This document shows, piece after piece, positions 29,195-40,119 of a stretch of 64,000 bases of DNA. The DNA lies in contig CAWABA010000001.1 of the NCBI GenBank assembly GCA_963780185.1, positions 224,001 through 288,000 of the forward strand, given 5' to 3'. Source of the stretch: Candidatus Bathyarchaeota archaeon (lineage in GTDB: Archaea; Thermoproteota; Bathyarchaeia; Bathyarchaeales; Bathycorpusculaceae). The translations under genes were made by a program, and so were the position numbers. The notes below the pieces were generated by a model. It made no database searches. It was given only the letters and a program-made list of their open reading frames with translations, and was not told the DNA's origin. Every line of letters starts with the position of its first letter. Within the stretch, counting starts at the first letter, position 1.

Positions 29195-29695
29195 TTAGCT
29201 TAATCTGCTGAAGATTTTGCTTCGACGAATAGCCTCTTCTATCGGGAAACCCACAGCGTTTACCGCGATTGCAGACCCTATCAGTATTCCCAATAACCCA
29301 ATTTCCACCGGAACCTGAAATATCACTGCGAGGTATCCTCCAACAATCAAAGAAACCGCTACTGTCTCTGCGACAGTTCCCAGGAACCGCTGGGCTCTGT
29401 TCCCGTTGCGTCCAATATACCATGCCAAAGTACAAGCAACCAGATTTGCTGCTGCACCGCCTACAATATCAATCACGCCTAAGCCGCCATAAACATTAGA
29501 AACTACACATCCCAAACTCAAACCTAAAGCACATGGGAGCCCAAAAATCATCGACAACGGCAACATAGCGTCGGCGACTCTTACTTGCGCCACACCGAAA
29601 CTTATCGGCGCCAAAACGATAACTCCAACTGCATACAAAGCAGCGAAAATAGTGGCAACTGCCAGTTTTTTAGTATTTATCCTCATTTTACTCAA
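29195..29695 (-). CDS. queT: QueT-family queuosine/7-deazaguanine precursor transporter
   Basis: AALYA...LAPISFG..QVRVADA, GC..SN..GGLG..DI..G signature. Confidence 0.85.
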   Translation of the reverse strand: MSKMRINTKKLAVATIFAALYAVGVIVLAPISFGVAQVRVADAMLPLSMIFGLPCALGLSLGCVVSNVYGGLGVIDIVGGAAANLVACTLAWYIGRNGNRAQRFLGTVAETVAVSLIVGGYLAVIFQVPVEIGLLGILIGSAIAVNAVGFPIEEAIRRSKIFSRLS

Positions 29696-29733
29696 TCCGG
29701 GTTTTTTAAGGTAGGTTATATACGGAAACTACC
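29696..29733 (-). ncRNA. Candidate preQ1-I-like riboswitch aptamer
   Basis: GGUAG-UUUCCGUAUAUAAC-CUACC-UUAAAAAA-CCCGGA: 5-bp P1, loop ending in C, A-tract, UCCG/CGGA pseudoknot; fills the queT 5' UTR. Confidence 0.55.
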
Positions 29734-29967
29734 GCTGGGAACGCAACTAACAACCCTGAACTATATTAAATTTCCCCACCAAAACCTCAGCATGGACCAA
29801 TCCAACGACGCCTCGGATGGCGAGTTGTAATTTCAAACGTAATTCAACAGCTACCCTCTATTGAAAAATAACTTCGACCTTGAACCTGAAAATGAGCCTA
29901 ATACTGCGTCAAAACAATTGTTCTGCAGCCCAAACCCTCACAGTTAATAAAAGACGCTAAACTTATA

Positions 29968-32070
29968 GTGAAAACAGGAAGTTCACTTTCTATGCAGCCG
30001 AAACAGGAACCTAAGCCTAACAGGCTCATCAACGAAAAAAGCCCTTACCTTCTCCAGCACGCCTACAACCCAGTGGACTGGTACCCTTGGAGCCAGGAAG
30101 CTTTGGATAAAGCCAAAGCGGAGGACAAACCAATTTTCCTCAGCATAGGCTACTCGACTTGCCACTGGTGCCACGTCATGGAAATGGAGTGCTTCAACGA
30201 CAAGCAAGTTGCGGATTTACTGAACTCAGCGTTTGTATGCATTAAGGTTGACCGGGAAGAAAGACCCGACTTGGACGCTTCGTACATGGCTGTTTGTCAA
30301 GCTATGGGCAGAAACTGCGGCTGGCCCCTCAACATTATAATGACGCCCAAGCTGAACCCGTTCTTTGTCCAAAGCTACATACCTAAACATAGCCGACCCG
30401 GCATAATCGGCATGCTGGATCTTGTGCCCCAAGTCACACAAATATGGAAAACACAGCGTCCCCAAATGGAAATGGTTGGCGCCGACATCAAAGCCCGCAT
30501 AGAAACCATGGAAAAACGAACACCGCAAAATCAACTTAGCGCCGAGGTCCTGCAGGATGGCTTTGACCGACTCAAACTGGATTACGACAAAGAAAACGGC
30601 GGATTCGGCTCAGCACCAAAGTTTCCAACCCCACATAAGATCCTGTTTCTTCTGCGTCTATACTCTCACACGGAGAGAAAAGTGCATTGTCAATTGCTGA
30701 AAATACTCTTCGCAAAATGCGTTTGGGCGGAATCTTTGACCAGCTCGGTTTTGGCTTTCACAGATACAGCACCGACCCAGAATGGCTGATTCCCCACTAC
30801 GAAAAAACCCTTTATGACCAAGCGCTGCTGACGCTGGCGTATGTTGAGGCATATCAGGTGACAGGCGCCCCTAAGTTTAAGATTACTGCAAAGGAAACAT
30901 TGGAATACGTTCTTCGCGACTTGGCTGCAGGTGGGGAAGGCGGGTTTTATTCGGCTCAGGACGCTGACTCGGAGGGTGAAGAAGGAAAATTTTACCTCTG
31001 GACAGTCGATGAAGTTCTCGATGTTCTGGCTCCTGCAGATGCTGAACTGGCAGTTCATCTCTACGGTCTGAAGCCCGAAGGCAACTTCCCTGACGAGATG
31101 GGTCATGCGAACGGCAAAAACATATTGCACATTGCGGAGCCGCTTGAAGACCTTGCAGCATACAAGGGTTTAACAGTCGATGAACTGATTATGCAGATGG
31201 GCAAAATCCAGAACGCCCTTTTTGAGGCAAGAAAAAAACGGATTGCTCCAGCGGTGGATGACAAGGTCTTAGCTGACTGGAACGGCCTGATGATTGCGGC
31301 TTTAGCCAAAGCGGGCAGCGTCTTCGATAATTCAGCGTATATTGAGGCGGCGATAAAGACAGCTGATTTTTGCTGAACCGTATGAGGAAAGGTGATGTGC
31401 TGTATCATCGCTACGCGAAAGGCGAAGTGGCTGTAGAGGGATTTCTGGATGACTACGCCTTCACAGTGTACGGGCTGGTACAGCTGTATGAGGCAACGTT
31501 CAGTGAAGCGTATCTTCAAGCAGCCGCTGACCTGACTAAAAACATGATAAGCAGGTTTTGGGACCAGCGACAACGGCGGATTTTACCAAACACAAAGCGT
31601 GCAGGCGGGCATGCCGAAAATCAAACAGCTCTATGACGGTGCAACTCCTTCGGGCAACTCGGTGGCGCTGCATGACCTACTGTGGCTTAGCCGCTTAACC
31701 AACGAGCCCACGTACGAGCAGATGGCTAAGCAGATGACTGAAATCTTCGCTGAAGAAGTCGAAGGCGCACCCGACGCATACATCTTCTTCCTATCAGCAC
31801 TTGACTTCCAACTCGGCCCATCCTACAGCGTTACAGTAGTCGGTGACTTAGAAGGTAAGGATACGCTGGAGATGCTCAAGACGCTAAGGCGCCTGATACC
31901 TGCCGACCGCCGTAATCCAGCTTAAACGGCCCGACAACGCAGGCTTAGGCTATCGGCAAATCGAAGGAAAAGCAACCGCTTACGTATGCCGCGACCAAAC
32001 ATGCCTACCCCCCACCAACAGCCTCACGGTTATGCTGGAGCAACTGGGCATAAAGGAAGAGAAAGGTTAG
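29968..32070 (+). CDS. Thioredoxin domain/(alpha/alpha)6 protein, YyaL/SPATA20 family; 4 frameshifts (probably sequence errors)
   Basis: [62 protein letters not shown]; shifts near 30672, 31370, 31565, 31896. Confidence 0.88.
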
Positions 32071-32103
32071 GTCGCAAGGCTGTCGCCGTTTTTTTCTGCG
32101 GCT

Positions 32104-32225
32104 TTGGTGTTTGTGTTTTGGGTTGTTTTTTTGGTTTGGGGTTTGTAGTGTTTGCGGGTTGAGTCATTAATAGTCAATAGTAGTCTGTAATAGTCTGTAG
32201 TAGTCGCAAATAGTCAAATAAAGTC
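32104..32225 (-). repeat. 122-bp element, copy 2 (inverted relative to copy 1)
   Basis: AGTC every 10 bp from 32162 to 32225, preceded by a G/T-rich tract. Confidence 0.95.
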
Positions 32226-32320
32226 TCGGTTGCCATCGGCGCCCCGCGCACAACGGAACAATGATGCTTGAGTCTCTACGCGCCTGCAGCCTTAGCATAG
32301 TAAATTACGGGTTTGCTTGC

Positions 32321-33305
32321 TTAGAACGTTGACAGGTACTGCTGCGGGGTAGGCCACTTATCAGGAATCTTTCTGGCGCCCGCCTCAATCTTTGTTATGC
32401 CGTTGATTCGGGAGATTTCGTCTTGAATTTCAAACGATTGAGCTGTGTCTCTAATCATCGCCGAGAACTGCAGGTCGTAGTCGCCGCTTGTCTTCGTAAT
32501 AATTATGACATCTGGGATTTTAGCGAGCGACTCAACCAGCGGGTTAGACACGTCGCCGGGCGTGGTGAAAGCAATGTTGAAGTCCAAAATGGAGGTGTAC
32601 CCAATCCTATTCGGATTAATCTGAATTGAAACCTTCATCGCGCCTTTTTCCTTAAGCTTATGATACCTCTTAACAACCGTATCCGTTGACAACTCCATTT
32701 CCCGTAGCGATCTTGCTAAACGACGCCCGCCCATCAACCGCAAGCTTAGCAACTATCTTCTTATCCAACTCATCAATAACAACTCTCTCACTTACCTTAC
32801 TCGCGGCTGCACTTGGGTTTTGTTGATTTGTTTCGGCGTGGGTTTTCTGGGTTTGGGCGAAATCCATGTTTTCAGGGATGTTTCTAACACCCGTCCAGAT
32901 GTAGCTTTTTAGCCCCGTAGTCGGAAGCTTCCGCCGAATAACCTGCTTCACATGATCCAACTCGTTAAGGTTCCTCAGCGTCACAACCCCACGAATATTA
33001 TAAACACTATTATACTGCCGGTAAGCACGGACCTCAATTATTTTTCCAATAAGCTCCATTGACTGCTCAAGCTGCTGCGCCTCAACGCTTAAAAGCAAAG
33101 TAGCCAACGCATCAAACCCGAAAACACCAAAATTAATCTGCACAGTCGCACCGCTAATTATCCCCTTCTTCTCCATCGCCCTGCAGCGTTTCCACACTTT
33201 GTTTTTCGACACACCGCATTGGTCGGCTATTTCGTAATAGCCTGTTCGGCCGTCCCTCAGCAGACTTTTGAGGATCTTCGAATCGAGTTCTTTGATTTTA
33301 AGCAC
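32321..33305 (-). CDS. Double-domain Lrp/AsnC regulator, one frameshift near 32706
   Basis: Two HTH+RAM units; joins ORFs 32670-33305 and 32321-32752; ends KWPTPQQYLSTF like its neighbour. Confidence 0.8.
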
Positions 33306-33445
33306 TGTTCCTTCCTTTTGTCTTATTTAGTGCGGATTTTCATGATTTAAAAATTTCGCATTTTCTCGCATTATGGCGCTTGAAACTGCCAATACTACTC
33401 GATTTCTGGCGAAATTGTTAAGTCATGAACGGCAACAATAACCTG

Positions 33446-34387
33446 TTAAAATGTGGATATATACTGGCGTGGACTTGGCCATTTTCCCACTCTGTCCAAT
33501 GCTCCTATTTCCACTTCCATTTTCGTTATTCCCTGAATTTTCCCCAGTTGCTTTTGAACCGAAAGTAACTGACCCAAATCTTTAACCATTACATATATTT
33601 GCAAGTCCGAGTTCCCAGTTGTTTTCATAATGCTTATAACATCGGGTATTCTGCTAATTTCTTCGATAATTTCTAAAGAATTTTCATTTGAGGTCACTAT
33701 GAAGAAAATGCAGAGGGCTTCGTACCCGATCTTGTTTGGGTTAACTTGAATTGTGACTTTCAAAACTCCGTTTTTCTTTAGCTTTTCATATCTTCTTTTG
33801 GCGGTGTCGGATGAAATTCCGATTTCTCTGCCAAGCGTCTCCATGGATACTCGTCCATTCTCAGAAAGTTTATCAGCTATTTTATGGTCAATACCATTGA
33901 GAATCATTGGTTGGGGGCTACTTCTCTGAGCTTTTACGTGATAATTGACTGCTTCCTCTCTTTTTTCCGAATTAGCACTTATTATTGCCAAGTTGTAATT
34001 CATTTCTTTAACGTCTGTCCAGATTGCGGTTCTCATTTCCAAAATCGAAAAGCATCTTTTGAATTCGTCTTTAATGACGTTTAACTTTTCAAGTGTTTCA
34101 AGGATTACGATTACATCAAAGTTTCCTTTGACTCCTCTGTTGTAGAATGAGTAAATCTCTGGCATTTTCTTCAGGAAACTGACAAGTTGGCCTTCTTGCT
34201 TCGAGTCAATGTTAATTAAAATGTGCGCTACTGCCTTGAAACCGAAACTCTTGTAGTTAATGTGTGTTGTCGCACCGGTAATTATTCCAGTTTCTTGCAT
34301 TTTGCTGAGGTTTTTTTTTACACTTTCTTTTGTTTCGCCTATTTTTTGGGCAACTTGATTATCAGTCTGGCGTCCGTCTGCTAGCAA
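33446..34387 (-). CDS. Double-domain Lrp/AsnC regulator
   Basis: Two HTH+RAM units; ends KWPSPRQYISTF; frame open upstream to about 34441. Confidence 0.85.
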   Translation of the reverse strand: MLADGRQTDNQVAQKIGETKESVKKNLSKMQETGIITGATTHINYKSFGFKAVAHILINIDSKQEGQLVSFLKKMPEIYSFYNRGVKGNFDVIVILETLEKLNVIKDEFKRCFSILEMRTAIWTDVKEMNYNLAIISANSEKREEAVNYHVKAQRSSPQPMILNGIDHKIADKLSENGRVSMETLGREIGISSDTAKRRYEKLKKNGVLKVTIQVNPNKIGYEALCIFFIVTSNENSLEIIEEISRIPDVISIMKTTGNSDLQIYVMVKDLGQLLSVQKQLGKIQGITKMEVEIGALDRVGKWPSPRQYISTF

Positions 34388-34679
34388 CTCTTTGAGGATT
34401 TTGGCTTGGATCAGGCTTATTTGCTCGGTTAAGACTAGTATCCCTCATTGACATTCATGGTACTTTTTTCATTCTATATAAATTAATCGCACATTTTTCT
34501 TTTCAATTTTTGGAAAGTCCATGTAATCGTTTCTCTCACGTAATCTGACACAGCCTATGTTATTGCCTTTTTTGGCAAAAAATAGGGATTTTGTTCGATT
34601 GTTCTGGAATTTTTACAAAGTCTTATATAAACTGCAAGCAACAGCTTGTGCATCGAATTAAGGAGAGAGAATAGAAATA

Positions 34680-37574
34680 ATGAATATCTCAAAAAACAAA
34701 ACTATGACCATTCTGCTAGCAGTCTTTTTCGCAACTCTAATGGCATCTTCAATGGTACTAATACCGAACGCAAACGCACATTCACCTCCAATCACTATTC
34801 CAACGTTCGCTTATATCTCGGCTACCCCCGACCCCGTCGGTGTCGGCCAAACCGTCAGCGTTTACATGTGGCTTAACCAGATCTACGGAGTAGGATACGC
34901 GTCAACACCAGTCTCATATTCAGCACTATACAACAACTACAGATTCCAAAACTACAACCTTACCATAATTGATCCGAACGGAAATGCCACAACAAAAATC
35001 TTTGCAACCATCCAAGACCCAACCGCAAACCAGTTCGACACATACACCCCAAGCATAGTAGGCACCTACGTGTTCATCTTCACATTCCCAGGGCAATATT
35101 ACGGCGCTAACGGAGATGGTCTACAAAACCAGACAACCGCAGGCAATCCACCACCAACAGTCTACGGCGACTATTACTCGCCAAGTCAAGCAACAACCAC
35201 AATCACAGTACAGCAAAACCCAATCCCGTCAGCCCTAGGCAGCTCACCTTTACCAACTGCCTTCTGGACACGGCCAATCTACGGTGAAAACACCTATTGG
35301 TACACCGTATCGTCTAACTGGCTTGGAACTGGCGCACCCGTCAGTTCAGTCACAGGGTCCGGCGACCTAACAGCCTTCTCCACCGGTTCAGGTGGTTGGG
35401 GTTCAGACATGGAACGGTACCCAGGCGACGCTGTAGGTCCATTAACAGGACACATCATGTGGACAAAGCCGATTCAGGAAGGCGGAGTAGTGGGCGGCAA
35501 TCTGTTCCAAACAGGACAGGGCGCAGGCTACTTTGAGGGATCAGCGTACTGCCAAAGAATGACCAACATAATCATCTGCAACGGCATAATATACTACAAC
35601 CCGCCAATTTCATTCTACGGATCACAAACTGCACCATGCACTGCAGTAGATTTGACAACAGGCAAGACCCTTTGGACCTCAACCCAGATAGGCACTCTGT
35701 CGTTCGCATACATCTACGATGTTTGGCAATCTGACCAACACGGAGTCTACCCAGCAATCCTCTTCACAAGCAACTTCGCCAACGCATATGACGCATATAC
35801 AGGCTACAAACTGTTCAGCGTCTCAAGCGCACCTTCAGGCTACGAAGCTTTGGGTGTAATGGGTGAACACTTAAGATACATCTTCAACAACATCGGAACA
35901 AGCTCAGCACCAAACTGGATGCTAGGCGAATGGAACTCATCCCGACTATGGGACCAAACCTTCAGCCCATGGAACTCACAGTCAATTGACAGCACACCAA
36001 CACTCTACAACATGTCCACCGCATCAGGCGCAGCCATAACCGCAACCCAGGCCGCTTACGTCACCGGCGGAACACAACCATCGATAGGCAGCTTTGCATC
36101 ATACGATCTTAACTACCCCGCAGGCGTCACCGATGCCTACAATGGAGCAAACTACAACACCTACAACTATACCGTCTACGGAAACGTAGTCAACCCAACC
36201 AGCCCACTGTACATGTACGACTGGAACGTAACAGTACCAGGCGTTAACGACCTAGGTACAGCACCAACTATTGAGGCCGCAATTCCTGGGTATATGATGA
36301 TTGTCGAAAGAGGCGCATTCCCAGCCAGCCCCGGATCATTTACCACCGCAAGCTGGACACCATACACATACTACGGCATCAGCCTGGCACCTGGTAGCAT
36401 TGGCAAACTCTTATGGACAGCACCCGAAACAGCACCTCTAGGAAACGTTACTGTCTTCTACGCAGGCTGCGACCCAACCACGCACACATTCTTCGAGGCA
36501 CACGATGAAACCCTTAACTTCATCGGATACAGCATGGACACAGGAAAACAGATCTTCACCACCTCCCAATTAACCTCATGGGACTACTACGGCCAACCAG
36601 CGCCAGCACAAACCTACATCCAAGCAGCAGACGGTAACATCTTATCCAGCGCTTTCGGAGGAGTTCTCTTCTGCTGGAACGACACAACCGGCAAACTCGA
36701 ATGGACCTTCGGCAACGGACCTTTTGGCAGCGACAACAGCACCAAAGCAGGCTTAAACGTCTTCTACGGTGACTATCCAACATTCATCAACGCAGTCGGC
36801 GGCGGCGTAATATACCTCGTCACAACCGAACACACAATCACCGACCCAATCTACAAGGGAGCAATGGCACGTGCAATAAACGAAACTACTGGCCAACAAA
36901 TCTGGAAAGTATCTGACTACACAGGCGAATTCTCCGCAATGAGCTACGCTATGGCAGACGGCTTCTCAGTATACCCCAACGGCTACGACAACCAAATCTA
37001 CTGCATAGGCCGCGGACCAAGCGTCACAACAGTCGCAGCACCAAACGCAGGCTTAGCATCTGGACAATCAGCAGTAATAAGCGGCACAGTGATGGATGTT
37101 TCAGCAGGAACAACGCAAACACAACAAGCAGCCGACTTTGCAAACGGAGTTCCAGTTTCATCTGAAGCAAGCATGAGCGACTGGATGGGCTACGTATACC
37201 AGCAACAACCTATGCCAACCAACTTCACAGGCGTACCAGTTACGTTATCAGTCTTAGACTCTAACGGTAACTACAGAGCCATTGGCACAGTCAACACCGA
37301 CCAAACCGGCACTTACAGCCTCTCTTGGAAACCAGACATCGCAGGCAACTTCACAGTCTACGCCACCTTCGCAGGAAGCAGCGGCTACTGGCCATCATCA
37401 GCTGAAACCCACCTCTTCGTCGAAAACGCTCAACCAACCGCTTCACCAACCGCCTCACCAATCAGCCTGGCACCAACCCAAAACGCTATCATGTACATCG
37501 GTGTAGCAATCATCGTCGTCATAGTCATAATCGGCGCAGTACTCGCAATGCTCATCACCAGAAAACACGCATAA
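34680..37574 (+). CDS. Large secreted, membrane-anchored surface protein with degenerate PQQ-like propeller and Ig-like domains
   Basis: Signal peptide; PDPVGVGQ; xxTTGxxLWT repeats; many N-x-S/T sequons; C-terminal TM plus RKH. Confidence 0.85.
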   Translation: MNISKNKTMTILLAVFFATLMASSMVLIPNANAHSPPITIPTFAYISATPDPVGVGQTVSVYMWLNQIYGVGYASTPVSYSALYNNYRFQNYNLTIIDPNGNATTKIFATIQDPTANQFDTYTPSIVGTYVFIFTFPGQYYGANGDGLQNQTTAGNPPPTVYGDYYSPSQATTTITVQQNPIPSALGSSPLPTAFWTRPIYGENTYWYTVSSNWLGTGAPVSSVTGSGDLTAFSTGSGGWGSDMERYPGDAVGPLTGHIMWTKPIQEGGVVGGNLFQTGQGAGYFEGSAYCQRMTNIIICNGIIYYNPPISFYGSQTAPCTAVDLTTGKTLWTSTQIGTLSFAYIYDVWQSDQHGVYPAILFTSNFANAYDAYTGYKLFSVSSAPSGYEALGVMGEHLRYIFNNIGTSSAPNWMLGEWNSSRLWDQTFSPWNSQSIDSTPTLYNMSTASGAAITATQAAYVTGGTQPSIGSFASYDLNYPAGVTDAYNGANYNTYNYTVYGNVVNPTSPLYMYDWNVTVPGVNDLGTAPTIEAAIPGYMMIVERGAFPASPGSFTTASWTPYTYYGISLAPGSIGKLLWTAPETAPLGNVTVFYAGCDPTTHTFFEAHDETLNFIGYSMDTGKQIFTTSQLTSWDYYGQPAPAQTYIQAADGNILSSAFGGVLFCWNDTTGKLEWTFGNGPFGSDNSTKAGLNVFYGDYPTFINAVGGGVIYLVTTEHTITDPIYKGAMARAINETTGQQIWKVSDYTGEFSAMSYAMADGFSVYPNGYDNQIYCIGRGPSVTTVAAPNAGLASGQSAVISGTVMDVSAGTTQTQQAADFANGVPVSSEASMSDWMGYVYQQQPMPTNFTGVPVTLSVLDSNGNYRAIGTVNTDQTGTYSLSWKPDIAGNFTVYATFAGSSGYWPSSAETHLFVENAQPTASPTASPISLAPTQNAIMYIGVAIIVVIVIIGAVLAMLITRKHA

Positions 37575-37606
37575 ACTGCAACCAAAAAACAACAACCCAA
37601 AATAAG

Positions 37607-37634
37607 GTAAGTTTCCAAACTTACTTCTTTTTTT
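37607..37634 (+). terminator. Hairpin plus T-tract after the surface protein gene
   Basis: GTAAGTTT-CC-AAACTTAC followed by TTCTTTTTTT. Confidence 0.55.
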
Positions 37635-38141
37635 AATTTAATTATCTGAAACCACGTGATAGTTGGATTCTTGCGAGCTGTTGCTTGACGATCTGACTCT
37701 TTGTTTAGTGATTTTTCTTACACAGTTGCCCCTTTTCATGTGCGATGGCAATTTTATTTGGTAATTTTGGGATTTTTGCAAAGTCTTAAATATAAAATTC
37801 CTGAAACCCTTGAACACCGAAAAGGTAGATGAAAAAGAGATGCGGCTGAGAAGGCTCTGGTTAATTCGAAATTGCAATAGCAAGTGTGATTTAGATTTTC
37901 TTTTTTCTCCTTAAATTAAAAGAATCATCTCCAGAGCCTCAGCAATCCTCTCTCTTTCTAAATCTCCAAAATTAACACGCATGACGGTTAATTCAAAACT
38001 TTTGCCTCAAGATTCCCTCTGAGGCTTGCGCGAACCTAGCCAAGAGACAAAACAACAGCACCGAGCATCCAAAAAAGCTAAACGAAGGGCTTCAAATAAT
38101 CCAAATAGCAATTCTCGTTAATGTGGAGCGGGCGAACCTGA

Positions 38142-38651
38142 ATGTTTAGAAACAGAGAACAGATGTGGCGGCGGATTCAGGAGTTAGTCCAGAAGTTCAA
38201 GGAGAGGGGCGCGACAACCCCTGAGAAAGCGTTGACTGCGCAGGAGTTGGGTTTGCCGCCGCGTTTCGAGCAAGCTATGCGTCGAAGACTCGGTCAAACA
38301 GGCATCTTCGTTGAAACTAACGGCAAATACTACCTAAACGAGGAGCGGCTTAGGCAAATCCAGCAGCAACATGCAGATGGGGCAGGGGGCGGGGGCGGCG
38401 GGTTTAGCAGGCAGGCTGCTCCAGCTTGGATACGCTACGGTGGAATTTTGCTTGCGTTGCCGCTCGGCATCATCGTTGTTGCTTTTTTAGTGTTTTATTT
38501 TAACATTTACAGTGGCGCCGGATACTTTCCAGGCGAAATAATCCTCATCTTGCTTGTTGTCTTGGTGGTGCTGTTTGTTGTTAGGATGCTGTTCTGGCGG
38601 GCAAAGAGAAAATACCTGCGCGACCGCTGGATGCAAAATAAAACGGCTTAA
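38142..38651 (+). CDS. Hypothetical protein: small soluble N-domain, Gly linker, two TM helices
   Basis: 169-aa ORF with clear domain structure. Confidence 0.7.
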   Translation: MFRNREQMWRRIQELVQKFKERGATTPEKALTAQELGLPPRFEQAMRRRLGQTGIFVETNGKYYLNEERLRQIQQQHADGAGGGGGGFSRQAAPAWIRYGGILLALPLGIIVVAFLVFYFNIYSGAGYFPGEIILILLVVLVVLFVVRMLFWRAKRKYLRDRWMQNKTA

Positions 38652-38704
38652 TTGGGACAAAGAAAAGGTTTGGGGTGATGCCCGACTTATTTTTGCGTTG
38701 GTTT

Positions 38705-40116
38705 CTATATTTTGTCTAGGTTGAATGCTTCGTGGATGGCTCGTACAACTGCTTCGCCGTCTTTTTCTTTAACGACAAACGAAATGTTTAGTTCTGAGCT
38801 GCCCTGCGCGATCATTCGGATGTTGATGCCTTTTTGGGCGACGGTTGTGAATATTTTTGAGGCTACGCCTAAGGTGCCTTTCATGTTGGCGCCGACAACC
38901 GCGATGACTGCAACGTCGTCTTCTGAGGAGATGTCGCTTACTAAGCCACCTCTGTCCAACAACGCAATTTCAAGATTGCTAATAGCCCTGCCTAAAAGCC
39001 CCCGCCTAATAATCATTGATATGTTGGCTTCTGAGGCTGCGGTGGATATCATCATCACGTTGATGTTGTTTTTTCCCAGCACATCAAACACTTTAGCGTA
39101 GCTTCCAGGCGCCCCAACCATTCCCGCCCCGCTAACGTTGAGCATGGCAACATCCTTTAATCATCGCCACAGCTTTCACGGCTTCCTTAGCGTCGGCGTC
39201 AGGTTCCCCCGTAATCAGCGTGCCCGGGTTTTCCGGGTGAAAAACGCTCCGTATCCTCACAGGGACGTTTTCTTTGATGACGGGTTCCAGAGCTCGTGGA
39301 TGCATGGCTTTTGCGCCGAAAATCGCCATTTCAGCCGCTTCCTGATAGCTAAGATGCGGCAGCATTTTGGCGGATGGAACTATCTTGGGGTCCGTGGTCA
39401 TTATGCCGTCCACGTCCGTCCATATCCACACCTCGTCAACGCCCAACGCAACGCCCAGAATTGTGGCTGTGTAATCTGACCCGCCCCTTCCCACCGTGGT
39501 TACGACTCCGTTTTGGTCTGCGGCGATGTAGCCTGTCACAACCGGGATGACGCCTTTTTCCAGCAGCGGACTGAGCCTTTCATGGATTAGGTGCGTCGTG
39601 AAGTTCATTAGGGGGTCTGCTTCGCCGAAGTTTGAGTCGGTCACGATGCCCGCTTCTTTGCCCGTGAAGCATTGCGTTTCAATTTTGCGGTCTTTTATGG
39701 CTCCCCAAACGATGGGTGCCGAAAGCCGCTCGCCGAACGACAGGACATAATCTTTTGATTTCGGCGTCAACTCGCCCACGTAGCAGATGCCCGTTAACAC
39801 TTTTTCCAGTTCCGCGATGGTTTTCTCCGTGATTTGGGTTACTTCTTCCTGTATCGGCTTGCTGGTTATGGCTGATTCGATTGCCGCCAGATGCTTCTTT
39901 AAAAGGGTGGCTGGTGAAGGCTTGAACATGTTTTTCGTCGTTTTTCTTTGCGTGCTCGGCGACTTCGATTAGGCTGTTAGTTACTCCTGCCAACGCGGAT
40001 ACAACTACGGCGATTTTGCAGTTGTTTTTGGCGTTTTGAGTCACTATGTCGCTTACGTGGCGTATGTTTTCGCCTGTGGCTACGCTGCTTCCGCCAAACT
40101 TCATGACGATTTTCAT
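38705..40116 (-). CDS. lysC: Aspartate kinase with two ACT domains; 2 frameshifts (near 39912 and 39156)
   Basis: MKFGGSSV, SFGERLS, GRGGSDYTA, WTDVDG, QGSSELNISF distributed across three ORFs. Confidence 0.9.
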
Positions 40117-40119
40117 TTT

